The notes under the pieces were generated by a model. It was given only the letters and a program-made list of their open reading frames with translations. It searched no databases and was not told the origin of the DNA. DNA of 63,242 nt, the filler included, from Choristocarpus tenellus KU-1152 (lineage: Eukaryota > Protista > Phaeophyceae): the NCBI GenBank assembly GCA_964200185.2. It is 11 parts of 11 records of this genome, joined end to end, with 100 filler letters (N's around TTAATTAATTAA, not from the genome) between each part and the next. Parts side by side here need not be neighbours in the genome. Positions count along the whole stretch, not along the records: positions 1 to 12,547 come from CAXNAD020001798.1; positions 12,648 to 18,735 come from CAXNAD020008968.1; 9 more parts are not named here. The stretch is one strand, 5' to 3'. Shown one piece after another: positions 1 through 12,773 of the stretch (position 1 is the first letter of the stretch; every line of letters begins with the position of its first letter). Made by a program: the position numbers and the translations under genes.

Positions 1-268
1 TTATCCAGTCTGTGCATAGTTGTGATAGCTAAGGCCAGTAAGCTGGAACACATGGAGAGACCCAAGATGCCATCTCCTCCCCATCTCCCCCAGATACTTT
101 GCGCCCACTAGGATAGCCAGAAAATTATTTTCACAGTCAAATCTTGTCCTAAGATAGGGACTTACTAGTCGTGCATTATCCAGTCTGTGCATAGTTGTGA
201 TAGCTAAGGCCAGTAAGCTGGAACACATGGAGAGACCCAAGATGCCATCTCCTCCCCATCTCCCCCAG
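1..268. repeat. Perfect 93-bp direct duplication (1-93 = 176-268) at the window start
   Basis: ttatccagtctgtgcatag...ccatctcccccag occurs twice, 175 bp apart. The first copy runs into 'atactttgcgccc', which resembles the family-B element end. Confidence 0.85.
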
Positions 269-593
269 TCCCCAAACATGATGGTGGCCTGGGTTACCAA
301 CTGGATGGTGGCCAGGTACATGCCTTCAATACCCTCAAGGGCCTGTAACCGGCCTCATTGTGTTCGAGGAAAGTTACATTGTTAGCATTTAAAAGGACTG
401 CACAAGTAGTAGAGCTGACATTGGCAAGATGGACTACGCCCAACAGTTGGACACAGGATATGAGACTAGAAAAAAGTGAATGTTGTTCAATTTCAGATAA
501 CATTACGCTAGTATCAGATAACTACTAGTTTTATCTTTACACACAAGAAGCATTTTCCGCACAACCCTTTGTTATAAACCAAATGACCATGAG

Positions 594-740
594 TGTTGTC
601 CTGGACCATGGACACTGTGCGCTGAATCAGGTCAAGCGCTTGCCGAATGATGGTCCTTACAGAGCAATTGGTCTTGAGCACTGTCCTGGACAATAGGTGC
701 AGTAGAGCAATTGTCCCCAATCATTTTGTCCAGGACAACA
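594..740. mobile_element. Possible small MITE-like element with 13-bp terminal inverted repeats
   Basis: tgttgtcctggac (594-606) and gtccaggacaaca (728-740) are reverse complements. An internal copy of gtcctggac is also present. Confidence 0.35.
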
Positions 741-2200
741 AAAGTTGCAGAGGGTATGGGCCCGAGCGTTTGCCCTGTAACGGATGTTGTGACCAAGTAC
801 AAGAGACATATTTTCCTAATATGCATTTATTTCTTCTCCTTTCTGTCAAAATGATTCCATTTCGCCTTCTCTTCAGTAAGAAATATCAATCTATTGTATG
901 AAATAATATTGTTCCGGAAGTTGGCAGTTTATCGGAATACTATACATTGTTCTAAACGGCAGGCATTATATGGCAAACGGGCTTAAATATTTGCTGGACA
1001 ACAGACATTATAGAGTAAATGGCGCGGAATTTTGGCATGATGTACCCAATCCTTTTGCCAGTCATCGGATGATAAAGAGCAACTGCCCCCCACACATTGT
1101 GATGGAAACATATATGACAGATAATATTCAAACTCATCCTAGAGGGGAGTGCCATTGTTGCTAAGGTGTCTCAATAACTGCTTTTCTGATAAGCATATTT
1201 GCATCCTCACACACCCCGATCAAATGGTGAAACATCCATCTAAAGGGTATATTCTTCTGCATCTACAGACTACTCATAGTGGGATTACCTGAAATTTGGC
1301 CTGTGGTAGTGGGAACTCAGGTGTCACGTATGGATTTGCTCCTGCACAAATCGATCAAAATATTCTCCCCCACCATGTAAGATAATTTGACTCAAACTAG
1401 CCCGAGTGTTGCCATCGATAACAAGCACGGTAGGTCAGGTATGACCAAAGACCCCAGGGAAACATTAGTATTGAGTGTTACTTTTCTTATTTTTTGGTGT
1501 GCAATTGTTTATCCTGAGCCTGGCTAAAGGCACCTTAACACTTGTATTCAGGAGGACTGAATTCTGGACTCTACCAAATCACACCAAAGATTCGGGTATA
1601 AAAGATGGATCCAAAAAAGATGAATCTTAGACCACATGTTGTTCACACTTTGTTTCAATCTACATGCAAAAACGCCCTTACTGGCAGCACTGATTGGAGA
1701 AACATCAACAACGAGCTGCAGAAGACTTACAAATCTGGACCACCAAAATGCACTCAACCTACGATTGAAACTGCAATTAAACACAAATATATCCCTGTTT
1801 TTGATGTGTAAAGTGTAGGTAGAGGTCTGGTAGTACACCAGGATGTACCTGTCGGCATGAATTATCGGCACCTACTTACAAGTTGACCTCAACACAATTA
1901 AATGCAAAGTGATGTTTGAACTAAACAGTAAGGTTGCTTTGCACAGATTCAGGCTGAGATATCAACAATAATACTCATTGTGTATGACTGTCGTTGGTTG
2001 CATATCCAGTTGGGCACCATGGCACCTACAGGTCTTTCTTCTTGGCCCTCATTTTTCAACAAGCATTGTCCGTTGGCAGTACCAAGAAAGACAAGCACGG
2101 GAAAATCCTTCCCAGAGGTAAGAAAACCATAGAACGCTGCACGGAGCAAATGTCTGCAATGTCGACAAAATAGCTGGTAGTGGAGTTGGTGGATGTCATT

Positions 2201-2459
2201 GAGTGAAAGCATCTTAGAGGGTACGTGTTTTGCCCTGTCTGTCCATTTGGGTCTTGGCTTCCCACCGGGTTCTAATGACATTTTACCTACTCCAAGATGT
2301 TCCGGAGTAGGTAAAATGTATACATTATGAAAAGGTGTGTACGAAACAAGGATATTGGCAATTTCTAACAAACACGATAGTCAAAATTACATCAAAATTG
2401 CAACATTGGATTTTGCCCCCCAAATGGACGCGGCTCTACCATCTAAGGTACTTTGACTC
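2201..2459 (-). mobile_element. MITE family A copy (~259 bp)
   Basis: TIRs GAG..AAAG(T/C)ATCTTAGAGGGTA / TACC(C/A)TCTAAG(A/G)TACTTT..CTC; 3-bp TSD ATT/ATT; high similarity to the other copies in the window. Confidence 0.9.
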
Positions 2460-4066
2460 ATTTCTTTATAAACCTTCAGTATTGTGGACCATTTCTTGGT
2501 ACAACAGTGTCCTTATGGTGGCACAACCTTTCCATTAGTGCCACTGGTGGGGTTCAGGTGTTGACAAATCCCCTGCTGCAACATGATTCTCCAAGTATTC
2601 CAGCTTCGAATATTGCCTCATCTTCATGCCTTATTATTGATATTCTGTATATACCTTTCTAGCCTCAAAATGATAGTATCATCAATCTGCATCACAATGA
2701 CAGCACCGGCTTCACTCATCTCCCAGGAAAATGCACACTAGGTACTCTGTTGAACCAAGCTACTCCCCTCCCTCCCCCTTCACCTCCTTAGCTATGGGTG
2801 CTTACATGTCGAACTATACCTCACCTGAAACAGGTCACTATAACAGCTGTGGTAGAAGCACAGTTGGGCCTGCAGAGGAAGAGCAAGCCGAACAGCTGCA
2901 AAAATCTGCCAAATAACTGTACAACCAAGCTGTCGTGTAATCCCAATCCCAACAAGAGCAGAGACCACCGTCCATCCAAGCACCATCATTGCTTGAACAG
3001 AACAACCTTCTATATACAACCTGCCAGGTGGTGTGTCCATCATAAGAACTTACGGGCTGCAGGTAGTGAATGAAAATACTGATATGTGCAGTACATACAT
3101 GTGTCACGATCTGGAAGAGGTAGGGGTTTGTTTCAATGCCATGCGACTGTATTGCACTGGCTGCTGATGAAACAACAAACCCAGGAGGGTTGAGTCCAAG
3201 TAACGAGAGGCACTCAGAGTTTCATTTTTAGGATGCTGGTATATGGGTGCAAAATTCGTCTTTTTTTCAAGTGCGCATGGGATATCTACGGATTGTGATA
3301 AAAAAAGTGTCAAACAAAAATGAAAATCAACCCTCTCAAGTTGAACTTTTGGAATTTTATTCATAGAAATACTGGTGAACTGAAAAAGATTGAAGAACTG
3401 ACTTATATTGCAACACGTTCAAATACTGGGTACCTACCTTTTGACGACATTTGCAAACTCTGGTGAGAGTATTGCTCTCTGCAGCAATACTGTGTTGACT
3501 TAGTTTGATTGGTGCAATTGACTACCTTTTGTTTTCCGTGATTTGACTCAAGTTGGGCTGCCAACTTGAAGATACTACACGGTTCGCCTCTGCTGTAACA
3601 TCCTCCACCCCTTAGGAAAGCATGCTTCTCTTCCCATCACTCCATACTGAGTTTTTTGGAATGGGTGTTATTTCGTTTGGCTACTTGGAGGTTATGGAGC
3701 AAGCTGAAAAAGTAGTAATGTACGCACTATTTTCCTTTCTGAATGCATTAGCAACTTTACTGCTAGGTGTTTTATTGTGGAGAATGAAAAATACATCAGA
3801 TCATTCCTTTATGTTTATTTCTTGTAGACCACAATTAGCAGTGCTTTTGTTAGTGCAATTACTCAAAGGTGAAAGAACTGGTTCTAGAGTTTTACTTCAG
3901 GCGTATCCTAGTTTACGGCATGAATCTTAGGAAAGTAATTTACCATTGTTATCCTACATTTATCGACCTCCTCTGTTTCTGAATCATTCTTGAGAATCTC
4001 TCCTTGGCCCTTGCATACCTTAACACATATGCAATTCTAGTCTCGCCACAGAGACTAGGGTCTGGC

Positions 4067-7000
4067 CTACCTCGTGGCAACTGCATAGTCAGTCGCAGCA
4101 TTTGTGTACCCCAGCAGTGTCTTGATGAAAAAATACATGACCTCCTCGCTTGTCTCCCATGGACGGTTTGATTCGTAATCATCTATTGAGCTGGTATTGT
4201 CACCGTCCTTAGGATTTTCTTCATACTCAGTCCCCTTCCCCGATGAGGTCTCCTGGTAGGCTGCTGCTGCAAATGGCGTCTGATTCTTGGTGGTGGGGAC
4301 AGCTGAGCTGGGGGCACAAATGCTCCCCCGCAGGCTTTTGGTGAAGAGTCCTCGACTGTCAATGAGGCGTGGGTTGCCATGGAAGCGCAGGCCTTGCGCT
4401 TCAGGTCCTAGACTCGGCATCAAGAATATGGGCAATGGAACCTGGGCAGAACCCGGGGCATATCAGCGACCTTTTTTGTGTTTATAGGATGAACTTGAGC
4501 TGCCTTCATTTGTATATGGTAGGAAGGACACCACTGATCCAAACTAAACGAGAGGTATACAGGTTTTGGACGTTTCACATTTTTTGTCATTTACTCATTT
4601 TTTTCCAGTTCAACCCTATTTCTAATAGATTAAGCACTAAGTTTGGCTTGAGAGTGTTGATTTCTCTGTTGTTAGATGCTTTTCGACAGAGTTCAGAAAA
4701 CGTCCTATACACATTTGTTAAAAAAAAAAGGCAAATTTTGCACAGATCTCTCAACATCCTCGAAATGCAACCCTATCCCTACCCCTTGCTTACTTTGACT
4801 CACTAGATATTCCAAGTTTAAGATCATATTTTTGGACCACCATCCTTTATGTTCTGCTTTTGCTACAAATTCTCGTGCAACTCCCAGCAAATGCAAAGAT
4901 GATGCACGAAAAGATGAAACATGAAAACAATCTGATCCTGGGATTCACCTGGCCGTGAAGGTCATTTGCCTCCAAGTTGAGCTCCCGAAGATCCCTGAGG
5001 TGCCTCAAGGAACGGGGGACTATACCTGAGAGACAGTTGCCTTGGAGGAAGACCACCTGTAGGCTCTCACAGTTCACCAACCGACTGGGAATAGACCCTT
5101 CCAGTACATTGTCATTAAGGTATAGACCCTGGAGCTGAAAGCAGGGGTGAAATAGTGGGTGACTTGCATTGACTGACTACCTGTTTAACTATTATGCATG
5201 GTAAAAGGTTGAGCATTTTGCTCATTATTCTTTTGCTCACGCTATACAAGTTTTGGTGAACGTTTTCGATCACTCTCCACATGTAGTGTTGTTATTGGAA
5301 ATTGGTGCTTCGGACTGTATGGTATACACACAGACTAATTGTCCTTTGTAAGTCTCTAACTCAGTCAGACAAGATTGTGATCCCAAAAAAGACCTGGAAT
5401 GAGAAAAACGAGTAATCAGTACAATCATTCAACACTTAATGGATTAAAAAAAGATCTGGGCCATAGCTAACCCTAACCGTTAATGGTTCACCAATTTGTG
5501 GTGGGTGATAATTCTCCCCAAAAGAAATTCAAGATTACCACCAACCAGTCCAGGGGGGATTGACAGACTGGTATGACTGAATTGATATGAATCACAGGTG
5601 GTTCAATCTAGACCCACAATACCATCATTGGTTTCTTTCCCAGTGATATATCATGCAGGCTAAACCACACCCGCATTACGTCCCTGTTCTAATCCTGGAT
5701 TTGGATTGAGAGACAAAGTATCTTAGAGGGTAGAGCCGTGTTCCATTGGAGATCAAAATCCAATGTTGCGATTTTGATGTAATTTTGCTATTGTGTTTGT
5801 TAAGAAGTGTCAATATCCTTGTTCTGGACATATACATGATGAGCCAAAGTGTCTTACAGGGTAGAGCCGCATCCATTTGGGAGTCAAAATCCAATGTTGT
5901 GATTTTAATGTAATTTTGGGTATCGTGTATGTTAGGAAGTGTAGGTATCTATGTTTCGGACACACCTTTTCATAACATACACATTTTACCTACTCCGAAA
6001 GATTTTGGAGTAGGAAAATGTTATTAATAAAACGTGGGAAGCCAAGACCCAAACGGACAAACAGGGCAAAACTCGTACCCTAACCCTAAGATACTTTCAC
6101 TCCGATACCTACTCCAAAATGTTTCGGAGTAGGAAAATATCATTAAAAATAACGTGGGAAGCCAAGCCCCAAACGGACAAACAGGGTAAAACTCGTAACC
6201 TCTACGATACTTTAACTCTGAGCAATAAGACGCAGTTGCCACTTTTTCAAGAACGGTTGGTTTCGAAAACTTGACTAAGGAAGTCAGTGAGAACTGCTTG
6301 TATTGGGGGCATTGAAGGGTCATTTCCACAGTGTGTGATATATGAGAAAGTAGACCACAGATTTCCTTCTTGAGACCAGTTGTGAGTCAAAGTAAATGAG
6401 AGTTATCCAGAGTTGCATTTTATGGATCCCCACAAACATGTGCAAAATTTGACTGTTTTTAGAAATATCTATAGGATATTTTCTGGATTTTGAAAGAGAA
6501 ATAAACTCTCTCATGTCAAACTTAGCCATTCGTCCATAGAAATGTTGGTGAACTGCAAAAGATTCGAAAATCTGGTCTTAAAAAAAAAAATCAACAAAAA
6601 AACAAACAAAAAGACAGGTACATTTCATTTCCCTTGGCTCTGTGGAGAGAAGGTACAAAATCCAAGATCTCACTTGTTCCTTTTTCTTGTAGATATGATT
6701 TTTATCAAGAAAAAGAGGTCCAAGGTTTTCACTCTGAACATCTCTGGGCCACTCTGATTCGCTTTCTACCTGTCTTCAGTCACCAACTTTGTGGTCTGAA
6801 GCTTACAGAGAGGGACTCTGTTTTGTGTTAAGTAATCCGATCTATACCTATTCACAACTACAACTGTGGTCCAGTCTTTGCAATGATGCAAAAGCAAACG
6901 AACTGCCATCTACATATTGAGATATTCCCAGACTTAAGTGGTGTTCTACACAGAGCCAAATTATCTTAGATGGTAGAGCCGGGGTCAATATCCAATGTTG

Positions 7001-10000
7001 TGATTTTGATCTAATTTTGGCTATGGTGTTTGTTGGGAAGTGTCAATATCCTTGTTCGAACACAGCTTTTCATAACGTATACATATTACCTACTCCAAGA
7101 CGTTTCGGCTTAGGAAATTGTCATTAAAAACCCGTGGGAAGCCAAGCCCCAAATGGACAAATAGGGAAGAACTCTTATCCTCTAAGACATTTTCACTCAC
7201 ATCTACTAAATTATTCCTGTATGGCTCAAGTCACGTAAATCAATTGGACATCACTAAGGGCAAATAGTACTCATTCTGAAATGATTTGGGAAGAATTTGA
7301 ACCAAGAACGTTCGTTTTGATCATTATCAAATCTCAAGACATTATTTGGAACCCCGAGTTGAGGTTGTCAATGTCTTCTTTGTTTCATCTTCCAACACCC
7401 AATATGACATGAGATATTTCGACTTTGTGCTGGGTGGACCAAATACCCCCAAGAGCATTTTACAGTCTCAGGAATCGATGGACTATTGACCACAGATACA
7501 GTGGTGTAGCTTGAAAATTACTACTTCTCGTCCTTAAAAATCTAACCTTCAATGATACATAAACTCACCTGATGCAGGTGACCCAGTTGCCAAGGCACAT
7601 GCCCAGTAAATTTATTGTCACCCAGCACGATCTCTTTGAGCGTGGAAATTTCCCCCAGCCATTCAGGTACTGGTCCAGTTAGACGGTTCTAGGGCAGAAG
7701 TTATTGGAAAAAGGAGGTACTGCAGAGCTTATCAACAAGCTCTAGGCTAAAGGGGGGGTGAGCGCAGTAGACTATAAGGTTTTGGATTTTGTTTGACTAA
7801 TGGAATGGAAAGGGTTAGGGGTGGCAGGCCATGTATGTGTATCTTGTGTGTATTGTGCAGTGTAGAAGTTGTTAGGGACATTGCATAATTTTTAGTTGTT
7901 TGATAGAGTGGGGTGGTATGGGTACACATTAAGTCTCTGAGGTTGTATCTGGAGTGAATCGGTAAGACTTCAACAAGTTCTTAAATATATTGCAAGGGGT
8001 GGTGATACAAAGGGTGACTAGGTAGCTACATGCCAGATACAAGGGTGACATTTCATCCTATCATTATTTCAAGTCATAAATATGAATATGATACACAAAT
8101 AAGGATGCTAGGCAACTAAAGACTATCTAGACAGCTCTGACAGTACCACTAATGGTGTGCATCCCAATATCCCACAGGGTAATATCAAAAGTCTGTGACT
8201 CTGGTAGAACAAGAATCAAACCACTTTTTGTTTATCAAACAACTTCTATGGCTACTATTCTTAGAAATTTCTGTGACAGTCTCAAATGAGAATAGTTTGA
8301 AGACAAGGTTCTGTCACACATTCCAAGTGAATGATTGTCCTTGACCACAGGTATAGAGAGGGATTATATATCTATATATGTTTGGGAGTAATGCTCGAAT
8401 CTAGTTTGAAATACTATTTATAATAAGAGCACATCACAGAAATTCTAACCTGTTGACTGCTGCTACAGGCAAGTTTGAAAATAGAACATTGAAAATCTTT
8501 ACATCTTTCTCTTCTGTACGACACGTCGTTCAACTGTGCAAACAAGCCCATGATACTGAATTTTGTCAAGATATTTCAATCCAACATGTATTTTACTTGA
8601 AGTAGTAGAATCGTTTGTTTTTTTTCACAAATGTTGCATGCATTTGGTGTATTAAATTTAGCACCCAATGTATTATACACATTATTTTGTGTGGGAGCAA
8701 ATAGTGGGGACTGCCTCGCTGTCCCCAGAAGTATTTCCACCTATGGCACCTTGTTATACATCAACGAATCCAATCACATTCCCTCAATGTAGACCACCAA
8801 CCTGGTAAAGGTAGAGATACTGAAGCTCCTTGAGATTTTGAAATCTCTCAGGTATACTCCCCTCAAGTCGGTTGTTGAAAAGATACATCTCCTCCAGAAG
8901 TGTGCACTGCCCCAGTTCTGAAGGTATATGACCCTCCAAATCGTTGCACTCAAGGTACAGCCTCCGCAGGGCAGATAGGCGCCCAAGAGAAGCTGGGATT
9001 CGACCTACTAGAAAGTTACCATCTAGTGCAATGCACTCTAGCTTCGTCATTGACCCAAGGAAGTCTGGGAGACTCCCTGACAGGCGATTGTTGGATGCTA
9101 GGAGTGACTGCAAGCACTCAAGCCCCTCAAGGTCGTCCACTAGAGGACCCTCAAAATGATTGTTACTTATATCAAGGGTCACAAGCTTGCGAAGGTCTCC
9201 TAGGGCCTCTGGAACCTGAGCACGGAGTTGTAGCATGGTGTGGAGTGTTTTCCAACCTACTTGATAAACAGCAATTGAATACAAAAATATAATATTTTAA
9301 TGACGAAGGATTAGCACAACGAACAAATTGCAAGAATGAAACAGATTGGACAGGAGTAGAAAGAGGAGTGCTGCTGCCGTTGCATCGCCTGAGCCACCTA
9401 CCGGACCAGAGAGGTGGTTGTTCTGCAGGTGGAGCTGGAGAAGGTTTGTTAACTCTCCTATATAGGAATGTTGAAGGTCTCCAACTAGCCAGTTATGATC
9501 CAACCAAAGAGCCTTCAGTTCATTAAGATTAGACAAGACAGGGCACTCCCCTTCCAGGTCATTCTCTCCGAGGTCCAGCTTCCATAGGTTGTGAGCATCG
9601 TTCAAATCGGCAGGAATGTGACCACGCAAATGGTTGCCACGGAGATTGACAGCAATAAGCTGGGGGAGCCTCCGAATTGTTCTTGGGATCCCACCCTTCA
9701 GTTGGTTGTTGGCGAGACTGAGAATGACAAGGTTCCTCAGCTGGGCGAATTCTTCGGGGATCCTGCCAATGAAGCGATTGTTCTCAAGTCGTAACCAGGT
9801 GAGGCGCTTGAGTTTGCCAAGCTCAGCTGGTAACGGTCCAGAGAGATAGTTGTGCCCGAGATCAAGCTTTTTTAGATATTCCAAATCACCCACTTCTGAT
9901 CGAAGATCGCCCTCTAGGCAATTGAAAGCGGCATTCAAAGTCTCCAGTTTGCTGAGCGTGCACAGGGAGGTAGGTAGGTTCCCAGAGAGTCGGTTGTGCT

Positions 10001-11028
10001 CGAGAGATAGGAACTCCAGATGAATCAGGTTGCCAATAGAATCAGGAATCGGACCCGTTAGCAAGTTGTCCGCCAATGAGAGACGGGTGAGACTTAAGAG
10101 AGAGCCCAGGAGTGGTGATACACGATCTGCAACAAGTACATTATGATAGGTTGAGTAGCAGTTCAGTTGATAAATAAGTCGGAAGATGGGGATACCGAAT
10201 AGAAGTACGTACGACACAAAGTTGTGAGAGAAGAAGATGAAGACAAACAGGATCCTCTTGGCCCAGGCGCCAAATGGCGCAGGCTCTTACGTGTCAGCTG
10301 AACACGTTGTATATAGAAAGATATGGATTCTGAAACATATGTAGCAACGTGGAACCTTTGCATTCAGCATTATTGAGGATTCGATACTCTCTGATGCCAC
10401 CAACCTTTTATTTGGTTACTTTGCAACTGAAGCGATTGTAACTGAAGAAGGCACCCCAGTTCAGCTGGGATAGATCCCTTTAGCTTGTTGTTCGCGAGAT
10501 TGAGAGACTTCAAAGAGGTCAGCTTGGCAAGAACCAAAGGTATTCTTCCATTGAGGTTGTTGTCCTGGAGCATGAGAAGTTCGACGTTGCCAGACTTCGA
10601 CTTGACACCATACACACACCCTGCATCTAATTCCTCTATACTTCCTCGAGACAGATACGTCAACCACCCTCCTCTCCTGTACCATTTTCTCCCATTTAGC
10701 TCGCGGTATAAAATAGCGAGGGTAGGATACGTGTCATACGCCTGGTTGGAATTGGTGAAGGAAGTTGGTTAGTATTGAAAGTGGCAACGATTTACAGTCT
10801 AGTGCACATTGCTTGTGCAGGCGTTGGTGAGTATTGGGCGCTTGAAGCACTTACCGAAGAGTTAGGTGAAAAGAGTCGGCGGAATTTCGAAGTCCGCCTG
10901 CTAACGTCATTGGCAGTGGCACCCATCCCCTCTTGTCCGTCCATGCCTGCACTCGACGTGAGGGTTATGGGTGCCGCCCCATTCGCCATCTTCCCGACAG
11001 CGTCTACGGGGTTGCTCTCAAGGCTCAT
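4067..11028 (-). CDS. Leucine-rich-repeat protein, ~776 aa, ~23 plant-type 24-aa LRRs; exons 11028-10855, 10741-10405, 10126-9402, 9215-8802, 7688-7569, 5134-4949, 4441-4067
   Basis: GT-AG junctions keep the frame (2331 nt total). N-cap 'LAILYRELNGRKWYRRGGWL...VYGV...GNVELLMLQDNNLNG' is followed by LxxLxLxxNxLxGxIPxxLG repeats and a C-cap 'FHGNPRL'. Start and final exon are less certain; a possible donor at 4070 could extend the gene. Confidence 0.88.
5710..6218 (+). mobile_element. MITE family A with a second family A copy (5841-6102) nested inside it, within an LRR gene intron
   Basis: Outer copy has TSD TGA/TGA. Inner copy runs from gagccaaagtgtc to actttcactc, flanked by tgat/cgat. Confidence 0.85.
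6953..7198 (+). mobile_element. MITE family A copy
   Basis: gagccaaattatcttagatggta ... tatcctctaagacattttcactc; TSD ACA/ACA. Confidence 0.88.
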
Positions 11029-11619
11029 ATCACGATTCTATTCGCTCGGCAAGAGGTGTTGTTCCGTAGACCAGACAAACAGCGTATAGTTCTATCGGGG
11101 GTGCTCTATCTTCCGTGTGCTGTTGTGTCAATTCCATTCAGATGGGGCTTTACCCCCAGGCAGTCGCTCGAGTGTCTCAGAAGGACTGCAGGTGTGAGTA
11201 GTACAAGTCGAGACGAGGATTTCGACTAATACTGTCGAAGTTTTACATTTGTTCTTGCAAATGCCTCGTCATCAGTCATTGAGGTGGGGACAGGTTGAGG
11301 ATCTCTCTGGATCGACCCACCTTTCGGGCAAAGGGTGAGTAAGATCCTCCTTACTTCCTTGACACACTCTGCCGAAGCAGGAAAGATTTTTTCAGAGTGT
11401 ACTATTGACTTCATTCTATTATCGAACAGTGAGCAGCCCTTGGTGGTCATAAGCGTTAACTACTGATATGCTGGTCCCTCTTGTACCATTATTGGAGTAT
11501 GATGTGTGTGATTATTGCACTCTATTACGAACGTTTCAATCTATTTATAGTCATTATTATGGAAAGAACTAAACTCAAAACTCGGTTTTCTTTGGTCACA
11601 ATTTCTGGATGAAATAGTT

Positions 11620-11820
11620 AGCCACACTTACATCCACTCCACTCCTCGTTAACTGACGTTACACGACTCACTCTATACCACAACGACGTCACAATACCCC
11701 CTTGTTACTACACCAACTACTATCCTTATATCCACTTCACTCCTCTTTTTCTGACATTACACAACTCACTCAGTACCACAGCAACGTCACAGTACCCCCT
11801 TATTATCACGCTACCTATTA
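11620..11820. repeat. Diverged ~100-bp tandem duplication upstream of the LRR gene
   Basis: The motif cttaYatccactYcactcctc..ctgacRttacacRactcactc..taccaca..Racgtcaca.tacccc occurs twice. Confidence 0.7.
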
Positions 11821-11854
11821 TGCAGCTAAATTCTGGGTATCTAATCACCAACCA

Positions 11855-12110
11855 GAGCCAAATTATCTTAGGGGGTAGAGCCGTGTCCATTTGGGGGCAA
11901 AATCCAATGTTGCGATATTGATGTAATTTTGGCTATCGTGTTTGTTAGGAAGTGTCGATATCCATGTTCTGGACACACATTTTCATAACGTACAGATTTT
12001 ACCTACTCCGAAACATTTTAGAGTAGGAAAAAGCCACAAAAAAACATGCGAAGCCAAGCCCTAAACGAACAAACAGGGCAAAACTCGTATCCTCTATGAT
12101 ACTTTCACTC
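11855..12110 (+). mobile_element. MITE family A copy
   Basis: Full TIRs, flanked by ACCA/ACCA. Confidence 0.88.
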
Positions 12111-12345
12111 ACCAATGAGGCCAATTTCCGCCACTGGTATCCACTCACAAACCAATGCACCCAGTTTCCATCAATGAGACCAATTTAGACCACCAATATC
12201 TACTTGCAAATCAATCCGACCAATTTCCACCATAGAGGTATCCACTCACAAACCAATGCGGCCAATTTAGTTCACTGATATCCAGTCGCCAGCTGATACA
12301 GCCAATATCTGACACTAGTATCCACTAACAAACCAATCATTCCAA
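12111..12345. repeat. Degenerate CCAAT-rich minisatellite
   Basis: Repeated ccaattt..cac....tatccactcacaaaccaat units. Confidence 0.65.
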
Positions 12346-12547
12346 TTTCCGCGCAACCCCTCCCATATCAATCCTACCAAAACGCTCTAGTCCCGTCCAT
12401 GACACTCCACATCCTCCACAATACTTTCCATGCATCCTCTCCCATACTGTGCCTTCGAACCAGAAGAGATATACCCCCGCCCAAGCTTGACCTTCTCCCC
12501 CTCCAATATCCCACTGAATCTTGAGCAATTGAGAGGGTGGGTGGGTG

Positions 12548-12647
12548 NNNNNNNNNNNNNNNNNNNNNNNNNNNNNNNNNNNNNNNNNNNNTTAATTAAT
12601 TAANNNNNNNNNNNNNNNNNNNNNNNNNNNNNNNNNNNNNNNNNNNN
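12548..12647. other. Artificial contig spacer N44-TTAATTAATTAA-N44 (also at 18736-18835, 25419-25518, 28578-28677, 38653-38752, 44849-44948, 49311-49410, 52968-53067, 55973-56072, 60073-60172)
   Basis: An identical 100-bp construct with stops in all six frames occurs 10 times. Confidence 0.98.
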
Positions 12648-12701
12648 GTCCAAATGGACACCATGGTGTAGACCCCCCCCCCCTCCCAGATACTTTGGGT
12701 C
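12648..12701. mobile_element. Family B element terminus (…atggacaccNtggtgYagac-polyC-agatactttgggtc); also at 25519-25591, 38753-38775 and 60173-60193
   Basis: The same motif begins four contigs and shares GATACTTTGG.TC with the family A TIR. Confidence 0.7.
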
Positions 12702-12773
12702 AGGAGCGTCCATACCGACACAGCGTCTTTGAAAACAGATTAATTTTCCACTGTCGTATCTTCTTGCGTGTAC

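Noticed and set aside
1-268. CRISPR-like or LTR interpretation of the 93-bp direct repeat
   Set aside because: There are only two copies, no spacer array and no PBS/PPT. It is more likely a local duplication or assembly artefact at an element end.
11226-11450. 74-aa ORF upstream of the LRR start as part of the LRR gene
   Set aside because: It ends in a stop, and I found no convincing in-frame splice to 11028. It could be a uORF, but this is unsupported.
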